34,799 nt of DNA, taken from Terriglobales bacterium (GTDB taxonomy: Bacteria > Acidobacteriota > Terriglobia > Terriglobales > Acidobacteriaceae). How positions within the stretch are numbered: the first letter of the stretch is position 1; every line of letters starts with the position of its first letter. Where the stretch lies: positions 1-34,799 of the forward strand of contig DASUBK010000471.1 in NCBI GenBank assembly GCA_035763305.1, in the 5' to 3' direction. Shown here one piece after another: positions 1-7,480 of this stretch. The position numbers were made by a program, and so were the translations under genes. Below the pieces are notes generated by a model. That model saw only the letters and a list, made by a program, of their open reading frames with translations. It did not search any database and was not told the origin of the DNA.

Positions 1-189
1 GTGCGCCTCGGCGATCGCGAGGTGGCGGTGCGCGCGATCGCACTGCGCAGCCAAAAGCTCAACGACGCCGCCGACGAAGCCTATGCCGCCAAGTACACGA
101 CGAAGGCGAATTTGAAATATGTCGCCGGCTTCCGCGAGCCCTGGCGCAAGGCATGCACGCTGGAGCTGGTGCCCGCCGATAGAACCTAA
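1..189 (+). CDS. 3' end of a gene truncated by the window edge; small conserved protein, possibly DUF2255-like
   Basis: Frame is open from base 1 with stop TAA at 187-189 and GC-rich third positions. The tail AYAAKYTTKANLKYVAGF...TLELVP resembles DUF2255-type C-termini, from memory only. Confidence 0.4.
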   Translation: MRLGDREVAVRAIALRSQKLNDAADEAYAAKYTTKANLKYVAGFREPWRKACTLELVPADRT

Positions 190-210
190 GTCTATTAAGC
201 AAGAAGGTGC

Positions 211-254
211 TTGACAATGGAGTGCGGCCGTCGTAATAGTTGGTCAAACAACTA
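211..254 (+). promoter_or_regulatory. Candidate sigma70-type promoter of tetR overlapped by a palindrome (candidate TetR operator)
   Basis: TTGACA at 211-216, 17-nt spacer, TAATAG at 234-239. Perfect inverted repeat TAGTTG (237-242) N6 CAACTA (249-254) overlaps the -10 and predicted start-site region, 17 nt upstream of the TTG start at 271. Confidence 0.35.
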
Positions 255-270
255 ATACATACAAGCGAAG

Positions 271-909
271 TTGACTTTGTCCGCCGCCGCCCATCTCGAC
301 ACCAAGTCCCGCCTGCTGCAGGCGGCTATGGAGTTGTTCACCACGCAGGGCTACGAGGCCACCAGCCTCGCCGACATCGTGCAGCGTGCCGGCGTCAATC
401 CCGGCAGCCTCTATTATTTCTTCAAGACCAAAGAAGATCTTCTGGTCGCGGGCCTGGAATTTTTCCAGACGTTGCTCTACCCGATCGTGATGGAGCCGCC
501 CTTTGCGCGGACGGCCGATTCGATCGAGCGCGTCTTCGAGGTGCTGGCCGACTATCGCGCCCGCCTCGTCGCTTGCCACCTCGACTACGAGTGTCCCGTC
601 GGCAAGTTGGCGCTGGAGGTCGGACGGCGCTCCGAACGCGCGCGCGAGGGGATTGCGGCCAACTTTGCCGCCTGGCGCGACTGCATCTTCGCTTGCCTGC
701 AGGACGCCGGCGACCGCCTGCCGCGCTCCACCGATCGCCGCGCCCTGGCCACCTTCGTCCTCACCGTGATGGAGGGCGCGGTCATGCAGGCGCGCACGCA
801 CAAGGACATCGGCTTCTTCGACGCATCGATCATGCACCTGCGGCGCTATTTCGACCAGTTGCTCGCCGATGGTGACCGCGAGCGGGAACAGAATGCCTGG
901 GCAGTTTGA
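271..909 (+). CDS. TetR/AcrR family transcriptional regulator
   Basis: 212 aa. The N-terminal HTH SRLLQAAMELFTTQGYEATSLADIVQRAGVNPGSLYYFFKTKEDLL is a textbook TetR signature. The only in-frame start after the TAA at 253-255 that keeps the HTH is TTG 271. Confidence 0.85.
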   Translation: MTLSAAAHLDTKSRLLQAAMELFTTQGYEATSLADIVQRAGVNPGSLYYFFKTKEDLLVAGLEFFQTLLYPIVMEPPFARTADSIERVFEVLADYRARLVACHLDYECPVGKLALEVGRRSERAREGIAANFAAWRDCIFACLQDAGDRLPRSTDRRALATFVLTVMEGAVMQARTHKDIGFFDASIMHLRRYFDQLLADGDREREQNAWAV

Positions 910-913
910 ATCA

Positions 914-1009
914 AGCTCTGAGCTTTGAGCCTTGAGCTCTGAGGAGCGGGAGAAGCGACACGCAGCCGTGGGGAACACAAATCGAGCTCAGGGCTGAAAG
1001 CTCAGAGCT
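914..1009. repeat. Imperfect inverted repeat built from GAGCTYT heptamer words (hairpin between tetR and the DUF1761 gene)
   Basis: Arm 914-939 (agctctgagctttgagccttgagctc) is complementary to arm 984-1009 at 24 of 26 positions, with a 44-nt loop. The right arm abuts the GAGGAG Shine-Dalgarno at 1010-1015. The same word family recurs at 19064-19140. Confidence 0.8.
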
Positions 1010-1020
1010 GAGGAGCTGTT

Positions 1021-1425
1021 ATGGCGATGCATTTCGTGAATTGGTGGGCAGTTATGGCGGCCGCGATATCCATGTTCATCCTGGGAGGGCTGTGGTACTC
1101 GCCGGTGCTGTTCGGCCGCGTGTGGATGAGCGAAAACGGCTTCCGCGACAGCGACCGTCCGAACCTGGCGAAGATACTCGGCTTATCGCTGGTGATCTCG
1201 CTCATCATGGCGGCGAACCTGGCCTTCTTTCTGGCCGACGCGAAGACCACGGCGGCCTGGGGCGCGACCGCGGGTCTGCTCGCGGGCCTGGGATGGGTGG
1301 CGCTTTCGGTGGCGATGATCGCGCTCTTCGAGCGGCGCTCCTGGCGCTACATCCTCATCAACGGCGGCTACATGACCACGGCGTTCGTGCTCATGGGCCT
1401 GATCCTCGGAGCGTGGCGCGTATGA
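1021..1425 (+). CDS. DUF1761 family membrane protein
   Basis: 134 aa with about 4 hydrophobic helices. The motif GGLWYSPVLFGRVW is typical of DUF1761. SD GAGGAG lies 6 nt upstream of the ATG. Confidence 0.75.
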   Translation: MAMHFVNWWAVMAAAISMFILGGLWYSPVLFGRVWMSENGFRDSDRPNLAKILGLSLVISLIMAANLAFFLADAKTTAAWGATAGLLAGLGWVALSVAMIALFERRSWRYILINGGYMTTAFVLMGLILGAWRV

Positions 1426-1967
1426 ATCGAGCAACCTGGCTTCTTGCGGCCGTTTTGCTGCTCGCGCCTGTTCTTACGCGGGCGGAGGTCGCCGACAGCA
1501 GCGCCACCGGCTTCACGGTGAAGGGAAGCTATCTGGTGAATGCGGCGCCGGCGGCGGTGTGGACCAAGCTGATGCGTGTCGGCGAATGGTGGAACTCGCA
1601 GCACACCTACTCCGGCGACGCGCACAACCTCACCCTCGACGATCACGCCGGCGGCTGCTTTTGCGAGAACCTCGCCGCCGGCGGCAGCGTGCAGCACATG
1701 ACGGTGGTGTTCGTAATGCCGGGCAAGATCCTGCGCCTCAGCGGCGGATTGGGGCCGCTGCAGACTGTGGCGACCGCCGGCAGCATGAGCATCGAGTTGA
1801 AGCCGGAAGGCAGTGGCACCCGCTTGACGATGAGCTACATGGTCGCCGGCTACCAACCGGGCGGTATGGCTTCTTGGGCGACGCCGGTGGACACCGTCCT
1901 CGGCGAGCAGTTCACGCGCCTGAAGAATCTGGTCGAGCGCGGCGATCCGGGCAAGGCCGCGAAATGA
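1422..1967 (+). CDS. Secreted SRPBCC (START/AHSA1-like) family protein
   Basis: ATG 1422 overlaps the upstream stop (ATGA), which suggests translational coupling. Signal peptide MNRATWLLAAVLLLAPVLTRAEV. The AAVWTKLMRVGEWW and GSGTRLTMSY segments fit the SRPBCC fold family. The 308-aa track ORF from 1041 overlaps the DUF1761 gene and is not used. Confidence 0.65.
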   Translation: MNRATWLLAAVLLLAPVLTRAEVADSSATGFTVKGSYLVNAAPAAVWTKLMRVGEWWNSQHTYSGDAHNLTLDDHAGGCFCENLAAGGSVQHMTVVFVMPGKILRLSGGLGPLQTVATAGSMSIELKPEGSGTRLTMSYMVAGYQPGGMASWATPVDTVLGEQFTRLKNLVERGDPGKAAK

Positions 1968-1970
1968 AGT

Positions 1971-2034
1971 CGTGACCCTCGGGGGAATGAGAGGGGCCGG
2001 TTCACACGAAGGTCACGAAGGTAAAGGATCACGG
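1971..2034. repeat. CACGAAGG-word repeat block
   Basis: tcgtgacc (1971-1978) pairs with ggtcacga (2011-2018). Block 1999-2034 reads ggttcacacgaaggtcacgaaggtaaaggatcacgg. The 13-mer ggttcacacgaag (1999-2011) is identical to 25638-25650. Confidence 0.7.
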
Positions 2035-2061
2035 CATTTCCCAATTAGGAGGAGAATGGGT

Positions 2062-2694
2062 ATGCATTCCGTTTTGCGATCTGTCGGACTGTCCATGTTG
2101 TTGGTTCTCGCGGCCGCGGCGCAGGAACAGAAAGTCACCGGCCTCGACAAGTTGCACGACGGCCTGCCCGACAAGGAATTCACTGGCAAGTCGGTGGATA
2201 CCTCCTTCGTCGCCGGTAACGGCGAGCGCGTGCTGCGCCAGGAGATCGTGGTTCCCGCCACCCTGGAGGAAGTTTGGAGCGCAGTAAGCACTTCCGATGG
2301 GCTGCGCGACTGGGTGGCTCCAACTGCGGAGGTCGAACTGAAGACCGGCGGCCACTGGTACACCAACTACTCTCCGGGCAGCAAAATTGGTGACCCGGGC
2401 ACCATCTACAACTCGGTGCTCAGTTACGTGCCCATGAAGATGATTGCGATGAAGATCGGCATCGCGCCGCCGATCTTTCCCAAAGGACCGAGCGATGCGG
2501 GGACGCTGTTCGCGGTGCTGACCCTGGAGGACTTGGGCAATCGCCAGGTGCGGGTCAGCGAGCACATGGTGGGCTTCGGCCCGGGCGAGGACTGGGACAA
2601 GGTCTATCGCTTCTTCGAAACCGGCAACGCTTACACCCTGGGCCAATTGCTCAAACGGTTTGAGGTCGGGCCGCGAAGGTGGGTAGCGAAATAG
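2062..2694 (+). CDS. Secreted SRPBCC family protein
   Basis: AGGAGG at 2047-2052 precedes ATG 2062 (alternative ATG 2056). Signal peptide MHSVLRSVGLSMLLVLAAAAQ. EEVWSAVSTSDGLRDWVAPTAEVELKTGGHWY is AHSA1/SRPBCC-like. Confidence 0.6.
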   Translation: MHSVLRSVGLSMLLVLAAAAQEQKVTGLDKLHDGLPDKEFTGKSVDTSFVAGNGERVLRQEIVVPATLEEVWSAVSTSDGLRDWVAPTAEVELKTGGHWYTNYSPGSKIGDPGTIYNSVLSYVPMKMIAMKIGIAPPIFPKGPSDAGTLFAVLTLEDLGNRQVRVSEHMVGFGPGEDWDKVYRFFETGNAYTLGQLLKRFEVGPRRWVAK

Positions 2695-2739
2695 GGTCCA
2701 GGCCGGCGAGCGGCACGAAGTCGGGCAGGGACGGCACGC

Positions 2740-4002
2740 TCATCTCGCGCGATAAATGATCTGTCCCGCGCGCACGGTGTAGCGCACCGCGGTGAGTGCG
2801 CGCAAATCCTGTTCGGGATCGCCTTGTACTACGACTACGTCGGCGATCATTCCCGGCGCAATCCGACCCAACTTTTCCGCCGCGCCGAACCGTTCCGCCG
2901 GAGCGGTGGTCAAAGACGCCAGGATCTGGCGGAACGTCATCCCCGACTGCGCCATCAGCGCGTACTCCTCACTGGGATCGGGATCCACCGCGCCCAGGTC
3001 GGTGCCGAACAGCACCGTGCCGCCCTGCTTCACCCAGGCGCGCAACTGCTCCGTTTCGGTTTCCACGATCTTGTGCTGGGTGGATTGCCGGTCATGGCGC
3101 ATGAAATATTTCCAGATGGTCAGCGTCGGCGTGAGCGCGACCTTGTGCTCCCGCACGGCGGCGAGCAGCGCGTCGTTCCACGGCCCAGCGAAGGGCGTGG
3201 TATGGCCGACCACGTCCACCCCGGCGCGCACCGCCGCCAAGATTTCGGCCGGCGTATTGGGATGAACGAATGCCGGCTTTCCGGCGGCATGGGCTTCGAG
3301 CACCGCCGCCCGCACCGCCTCCTCGTTGAAGGCAGGCGTGGCCGGCGGGGGCATTTGCGTGCGGCCGTTGTGGATCTTGATCGCGTCCACGCCTTCGGCC
3401 AGCAGCTTGCGCGCGGCCGAGGTAGCCTCCTCCGGCGTGGAAATCTCGGGCAGCGTGACTTTCATCGCGCCGGACAAGGTCATCACGATCTCCGGCGGCA
3501 GCGTGCCCCTGGCCACCAGGGCCTCGCCGGTGGAGAGAATTCGCGGTCCGGCCACCTCGCCGGAGTCGATGCGCTCGCGAATCCGGCGCGTGTTCTCCCA
3601 CAGCGACGACAGATCGAAGACGCTGGTAAATCCCCAGCGCGTGGTGAAGTCCTCGAGCTGCCGCGTCAACTCGGCCGCGGGGATCTCCGCCGCATTGGCC
3701 CACTTGCGCTCGAAGAAGTGGACGTGGCTGTTCCAGAAGCCGGCGGTGACGGTCATGCCCGAGCAGTCAATCCGTTCGATGTTGGTTATGCCTCTCAAGA
3801 CGGAAGAATCGCCGAGCGCGACGATCTTGCCGGAGTGAATGAGGACTACGCCATTGCGGATCGGGGCATCGCTGGGGTTGGCGTAGATGGTCGCCCCGAC
3901 CAGAGCCAGGTAGGAATCGGAGGAGTTCGCGCCCTGGCCGCGAGCTGCCAGCGGGAGCATGGCGGAGCCAAGCAGCATCAGCAGAGGGAGCGCGCCGCGC
4001 AT
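2740..4002 (-). CDS. Secreted amidohydrolase family (metal-dependent hydrolase) protein
   Basis: 420 aa from ATG 4002, with AGGAG 6-7 nt upstream. Signal peptide MRGALPLLMLLGSAMLPLAARGQ. The metal-binding WNSHVHFF motif and later HNG/HPN histidines are typical of the amidohydrolase superfamily. The longer 478-aa track ORF adds an implausible N-terminus. Confidence 0.8.
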   Translation of the reverse strand: MRGALPLLMLLGSAMLPLAARGQGANSSDSYLALVGATIYANPSDAPIRNGVVLIHSGKIVALGDSSVLRGITNIERIDCSGMTVTAGFWNSHVHFFERKWANAAEIPAAELTRQLEDFTTRWGFTSVFDLSSLWENTRRIRERIDSGEVAGPRILSTGEALVARGTLPPEIVMTLSGAMKVTLPEISTPEEATSAARKLLAEGVDAIKIHNGRTQMPPPATPAFNEEAVRAAVLEAHAAGKPAFVHPNTPAEILAAVRAGVDVVGHTTPFAGPWNDALLAAVREHKVALTPTLTIWKYFMRHDRQSTQHKIVETETEQLRAWVKQGGTVLFGTDLGAVDPDPSEEYALMAQSGMTFRQILASLTTAPAERFGAAEKLGRIAPGMIADVVVVQGDPEQDLRALTAVRYTVRAGQIIYRAR

Positions 4003-4166
4003 GAGGAGCTCCTGAAAGCCTGCGATTATAGCGCCGCGAGCCATTTGTTCCCTTCGTCGCCCCCAACCGCGCGCCCGAGGTGAGCACGAGGCCGCATCGC
4101 ACTGGTCCCCATGGGTTGCGGCGGCGAGGCACGATTCGCGAAAGCCGCCGCTAGAATTGAGAGCGG

Positions 4167-5000
4167 ATGAAGCCACGAATCACCTTGGCGATCACAGGCG
4201 GAGTCGTAGGCCTGGTGGTCGGGATGTGCGCGGCGCTGGTTGCGGCCGGCGCCACGCTCGGCATCTTTTGGCTGTTCGTTTTTGGCGACAATCCCTGGCC
4301 GGCGTGGAGCAACGTTCTGGTCGCCGTAATCGCCGGCGTGGTGGCGTTGGCGTGCGTAATCGGCGGCGCGTGGATCGGCTATCACCGGGGCGCGCGAATC
4401 GAGCTCAGTGGCGGCACGGAAAGAGCGGCGCTGCGCCAGGTTGTTGTGGCAGCGGGTATCGCGGCGTTGCTGACGGGCGCCTTGGCCGGGTTCTTCTATC
4501 GCAGCCAGCGCGCCAACCAGCGAGAGCGGATGCGACAGCAATCGTTCGCCAGCTGGGCGGGGCAGCGGCAGAGAATCCGGTCGGCGGAGGCGGTGTTGCG
4601 CCCGGACGATTCCGGCTGGGAGGTGACAGCGACGACCAGCGGCGCGGGCGGCGGAGCGTACGCCATGCGCCTGGAGGTGGAGCGCAGCGGAGGCGTGCTC
4701 ATGGCGCGGGAGGCCGAGGTAAATCTTTCCGCCGGGGAGAACACTCCGTCGGTCCTCCTGAGCCGAGACGAGTTGATCTCCGCGTATGCGGGTAAAGTGT
4801 TTCGCGCCGGCGCCACCAACCTGGCCATCGAGGAGACTGTGACGGTGCGAGTCAGCCTGCGACCGCAGCTCGAAGCAGAGAAGATGCGTGAATGGGAGGT
4901 AAATGGCCCCACGGTTCAGCAACTGGCGGAGACACGTGAGTTGCCGCTGAAGATCAACTTCACCATCGGCAGCGATGGCCGGGCGCGCTTTGAGGACTGA
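4167..5000 (+). CDS. Hypothetical membrane protein (3-4 N-terminal TM helices plus a ~165-aa soluble C-terminal region)
   Basis: 277 aa with good GC3 bias. Hydrophobic segments: ITLAITGGVVGLVVGMCAALVAAG, VLVAVIAGVVALACVIGGAWIGY, VVVAAGIAALLTGALAGFFY. I recognise no domain. Confidence 0.55.
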   Translation: MKPRITLAITGGVVGLVVGMCAALVAAGATLGIFWLFVFGDNPWPAWSNVLVAVIAGVVALACVIGGAWIGYHRGARIELSGGTERAALRQVVVAAGIAALLTGALAGFFYRSQRANQRERMRQQSFASWAGQRQRIRSAEAVLRPDDSGWEVTATTSGAGGGAYAMRLEVERSGGVLMAREAEVNLSAGENTPSVLLSRDELISAYAGKVFRAGATNLAIEETVTVRVSLRPQLEAEKMREWEVNGPTVQQLAETRELPLKINFTIGSDGRARFED

Positions 5001-5153
5001 GCCGTTGACCGAATCCGCGATGGCGGCGCGTCTGGGCAAGCAGACAGCAGGGTGCGGAAGGCCGGGCGCGACGAAGGCTGGATTGGAGCGTAGGAAGATC
5101 GGGGTTCCTCCTGTAAAATCAAGGGGCAAACCACCTGTGGGGAACAGCCGTCG

Positions 5154-5435
5154 ATGATGGAATCCGACAAGGTCATGTTCGAGATCTACCGTGAAGGCAC
5201 GTACACCGGCAAATACCGCGTGGTGTACTACACGGAGCTCAACGAGAACAACAAAGAGTGGGAAATCAACAAGGCAATGGCCGGCGAGCATTTGTACGAC
5301 GGCTTCATCCGCAACTATCGTAAGGACGAGGCCAAGGACATCATCGACGCCTTGCTGAAGCGCATGAACGAGGGCGAGAGGCTCGGGGAGCGCGAGATCG
5401 AGAGCGCCCTGGGCGAGCACCTGGCGACCAAGTAG
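5154..5435 (+). CDS. Small hypothetical protein, K/E/N-rich
   Basis: 93 aa (MFEIYREGTYTGKYRVVYYTELNENNKEWEINKAMAGEHLYDGFIRNY...). Clean coding frame with visibly lower GC than its neighbours. No recognised domain. Confidence 0.55.
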   Translation: MMESDKVMFEIYREGTYTGKYRVVYYTELNENNKEWEINKAMAGEHLYDGFIRNYRKDEAKDIIDALLKRMNEGERLGEREIESALGEHLATK

Positions 5436-5534
5436 CGACTAGCGATTAGCAATTGGGCGGTTAGCTCGGTCATCGGAGGCGACGCCGACCGTCACCGCTA
5501 ATCGCGAAGGCGCGAATCGCTGACTGCTAACAGC
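5433..5534. repeat. TAGCGAYTAGC / GCTAATCGC inverted word repeats
   Basis: gcgattagc (5442-5450) is perfectly complementary to gctaatcgc (5497-5505). Flanking degenerate copies are tagcgact, ttagc, gaatcgctgactgctaacagc. Confidence 0.6.
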
Positions 5535-5561
5535 TCACGGCTGAGGTATAATCCGCACACC

Positions 5562-5942
5562 ATGGCCACCGGACCCACGGTTTCCAAAGCCCCCGGGATG
5601 GTCCCGGAAGAATACAAGCACGAGCCCAAATCCAAAGGCCTCGTCACCCCGCGCAAGAAGAAGCCCGCTGAGCTGGCGGTGATCACCGAGTGCTGCACCG
5701 GATGCGCCGGATCGCCCGCCTGCATCGAATACTGCCCGGTGGAGGACTGCATGTTCTGGGTCCCGGACGAGGACCATCCGCCCTTCGGCCGGGTGCAGGT
5801 GGACCCGCTGCTGTGCATCGGCTGCAAGAAATGCACCAGCAAGGGCCCGGACGGCGCCTTCCTCGACGGCTGTCCGTGGGATGCGATCGTCATGGTCGGC
5901 ACCAAGGATGTAGAGCAGGAAACCGGGACCATGCCGTACTGA
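5562..5942 (+). CDS. 4Fe-4S dicluster ferredoxin-type protein
   Basis: 126 aa with two cluster motifs, CTGCAGSPACIEYCP and CIGCKKC...CPWDAI. Confidence 0.8.
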   Translation: MATGPTVSKAPGMVPEEYKHEPKSKGLVTPRKKKPAELAVITECCTGCAGSPACIEYCPVEDCMFWVPDEDHPPFGRVQVDPLLCIGCKKCTSKGPDGAFLDGCPWDAIVMVGTKDVEQETGTMPY

Positions 5943-5946
5943 GCAG

Positions 5947-5987
5947 TTGCCGGTTGCCAGTAGCCGGTCGCCGGTCCGGTCGACCGG
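5947..5987. repeat. Four tandem TNGCCRG heptamers ending in a perfect 12-bp palindrome
   Basis: ttgccgg, ttgccag, tagccgg and tcgccgg at 5947-5974, then ccggtcgaccgg at 5976-5987, starting 5 nt after the ferredoxin stop. Confidence 0.75.
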
Positions 5988-6055
5988 CCTCCATCTCTGG
6001 GGACACCCGCCCGGGAATCTTGCGACTTTTTGCCGTTTCCACGTATCTTCTCTGC

Positions 6056-7375
6056 GTGCGCCATCAACCGAGGTTGTTCTGCATTTCCTGCGCGATGATG
6101 GTTTTCGCGCTCGCCGCTTTCACCTTCGCTCAACCAGCGCCAGCGCCAGCTCAGAAGGCCGACCAAACCCTGCACGCCGACGTGCTGCTGATCGTCGCCC
6201 ATCCGGATGACGAACTGGGTGGCGCGGCGCTGCTGGCGCACGCCGCCGACCAGGGCGGCGCGGCGGCGGTGTACTGCACCTCCGGCAACGCGGGGCGCAA
6301 CTGGGTCGGGCCGGAGCAAGGCCCGTCGCTGGGGCGCATCCGCGAGGTGGAAGCGCGCATGGCGGAGCACGCCATCGGCGTCAACCAGGTGTGGTTCCTG
6401 GAGCAGCCGGACACGCCCAGCCAGAACGTCATGCTGTCGCTGGGGAACTGGAACCATGCTTCGACCCTGCGGGAGCTGGTGCGGTTGATCCGGCTGCTGC
6501 GCCCGAACACCATCCTGACGGAGACGCCGCGCACCACGTCGGGCGAGAACCATGGCGACCACCAGGCTGCGGCGGTCAGCGCCGTGGAGGCTTTCGATCT
6601 TGCCGGCGATCCGACGGCCTTTCCGGAACAGCTGGCGGCGCCGCGCGAGCGAGAAGACCTGCTGGACAATCTGAAGCCGTGGCAGCCGAAGCAGCTGCTG
6701 TTCTTCGGCATGGGAAGCGCGATCCAGAGCCTGCCTGACGCCGGACCAAGGGTCTCCATGGACGATATCTCGCCGCGGACGAAGGAGTCGTACGGGCAGA
6801 TGATGGCCGACGCCTGGCAGTGGCACCGCACCCAGCACCGCGGCGGAGGCGGGATGTCGCTGGGCAACACGCCGAATCCGCCGCGTCCCTCGCCGCGGAC
6901 GGGGAGCACGCAGTATTTTCTGGCCAAGGACGTTGGCCAGCCGGCGCCGGAGGCAGCGCCGCTCCCCGCGTTCCACCTGGGCGGAAACTGGGATTTCTAC
7001 GAGAGGTTGTGGCGCGCGCATCATCTGCGCCACGTGGAGCTACTGCAGCAGCACAACTTGTCCATCCAACCCGGGGACACGCTGCGCCTGCCGCTGGAAT
7101 ACGAGAACCGGGGCAGCGAGGCGGTACCGGTGGCGGTAAGCTGCGAGATTCCGTCGGGTTGGACAGCTGCCGACGGTACGAAAGGCGAGCAGACGGTGGC
7201 GCCGCATCAGACGGCGGAGTTCGTCTTCATGCTGAAGGCGTCGGCGCAGGACGGCGCTAACGGAACCCTGAGTTGCTCGAGCACGGTGCACGGCCAGGAT
7301 GCAGGCAAGATCTCGATCACCGCGGGCGTCAGCAGCCGCACCATGCGGCAGGGAATCGCGGCGGCGGAACGATAG
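6056..7375 (+). CDS. PIG-L (LmbE-like) family deacetylase with a C-terminal beta-rich extension
   Basis: LLIVAHPDDELGGAALL is the PIG-L/LmbE AHPDDE signature, followed by the HGDH motif. GTG 6056 gives the signal-like N-terminus RHQPRLFCISCAMMVFALAAFTFAQ; ATG 6095 is an alternative start. Confidence 0.75.
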   Translation: MRHQPRLFCISCAMMVFALAAFTFAQPAPAPAQKADQTLHADVLLIVAHPDDELGGAALLAHAADQGGAAAVYCTSGNAGRNWVGPEQGPSLGRIREVEARMAEHAIGVNQVWFLEQPDTPSQNVMLSLGNWNHASTLRELVRLIRLLRPNTILTETPRTTSGENHGDHQAAAVSAVEAFDLAGDPTAFPEQLAAPREREDLLDNLKPWQPKQLLFFGMGSAIQSLPDAGPRVSMDDISPRTKESYGQMMADAWQWHRTQHRGGGGMSLGNTPNPPRPSPRTGSTQYFLAKDVGQPAPEAAPLPAFHLGGNWDFYERLWRAHHLRHVELLQQHNLSIQPGDTLRLPLEYENRGSEAVPVAVSCEIPSGWTAADGTKGEQTVAPHQTAEFVFMLKASAQDGANGTLSCSSTVHGQDAGKISITAGVSSRTMRQGIAAAER

Positions 7376-7380
7376 AGCTA

Positions 7381-7468
7381 GTCATCCCGAGCGCAGCGAT
7401 GGATCTGTTGTAGACGCCAGCAGCAATGTGGGTGATTACAACAGATCCCTCGCTGCGCTCGGGATGAC
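7381..7468. repeat. 88-bp palindromic (REP-like) element between convergent genes
   Basis: Arm 7381-7412 (gtcatcccgagcgcagcgatggatctgttgta) is complementary to arm 7437-7468 at 31 of 32 positions, with a 24-nt loop. It sits between the stops at 7375 (+) and 7481 (-). Confidence 0.85.
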
Positions 7469-7480
7469 AGAATTTAAGGT

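Noticed and set aside
1041-1967. 308-aa version of the first SRPBCC ORF
   Set aside because: Its first 127 codons overlap the DUF1761 gene in another frame and translate to G/R-rich sequence. The signal peptide and the ATGA overlap support the start at 1422.
5091-5119. Promoter for the 93-aa ORF (TAAAAT at 5114-5119)
   Set aside because: The -10-like hexamer is acceptable, but the best -35 candidate (TAGGAA, 5091-5096) matches only 3 of 6 positions. This is too weak to report as a feature.
4026-7033. Long - strand ORFs (4026-5420, 464 aa; 5498-7033, 511 aa)
   Set aside because: They are antisense to the + strand genes, which have recognisable motifs (ferredoxin, PIG-L) or clean TM patterns. 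Their translations are R/A/G-rich and have no domain signatures.
7381-7468. The palindromic element as an IS or MITE insertion
   Set aside because: There is no transposase, no recognisable target-site duplication and no internal sequence beyond a 24-nt loop. I report it only as a REP-like palindrome.
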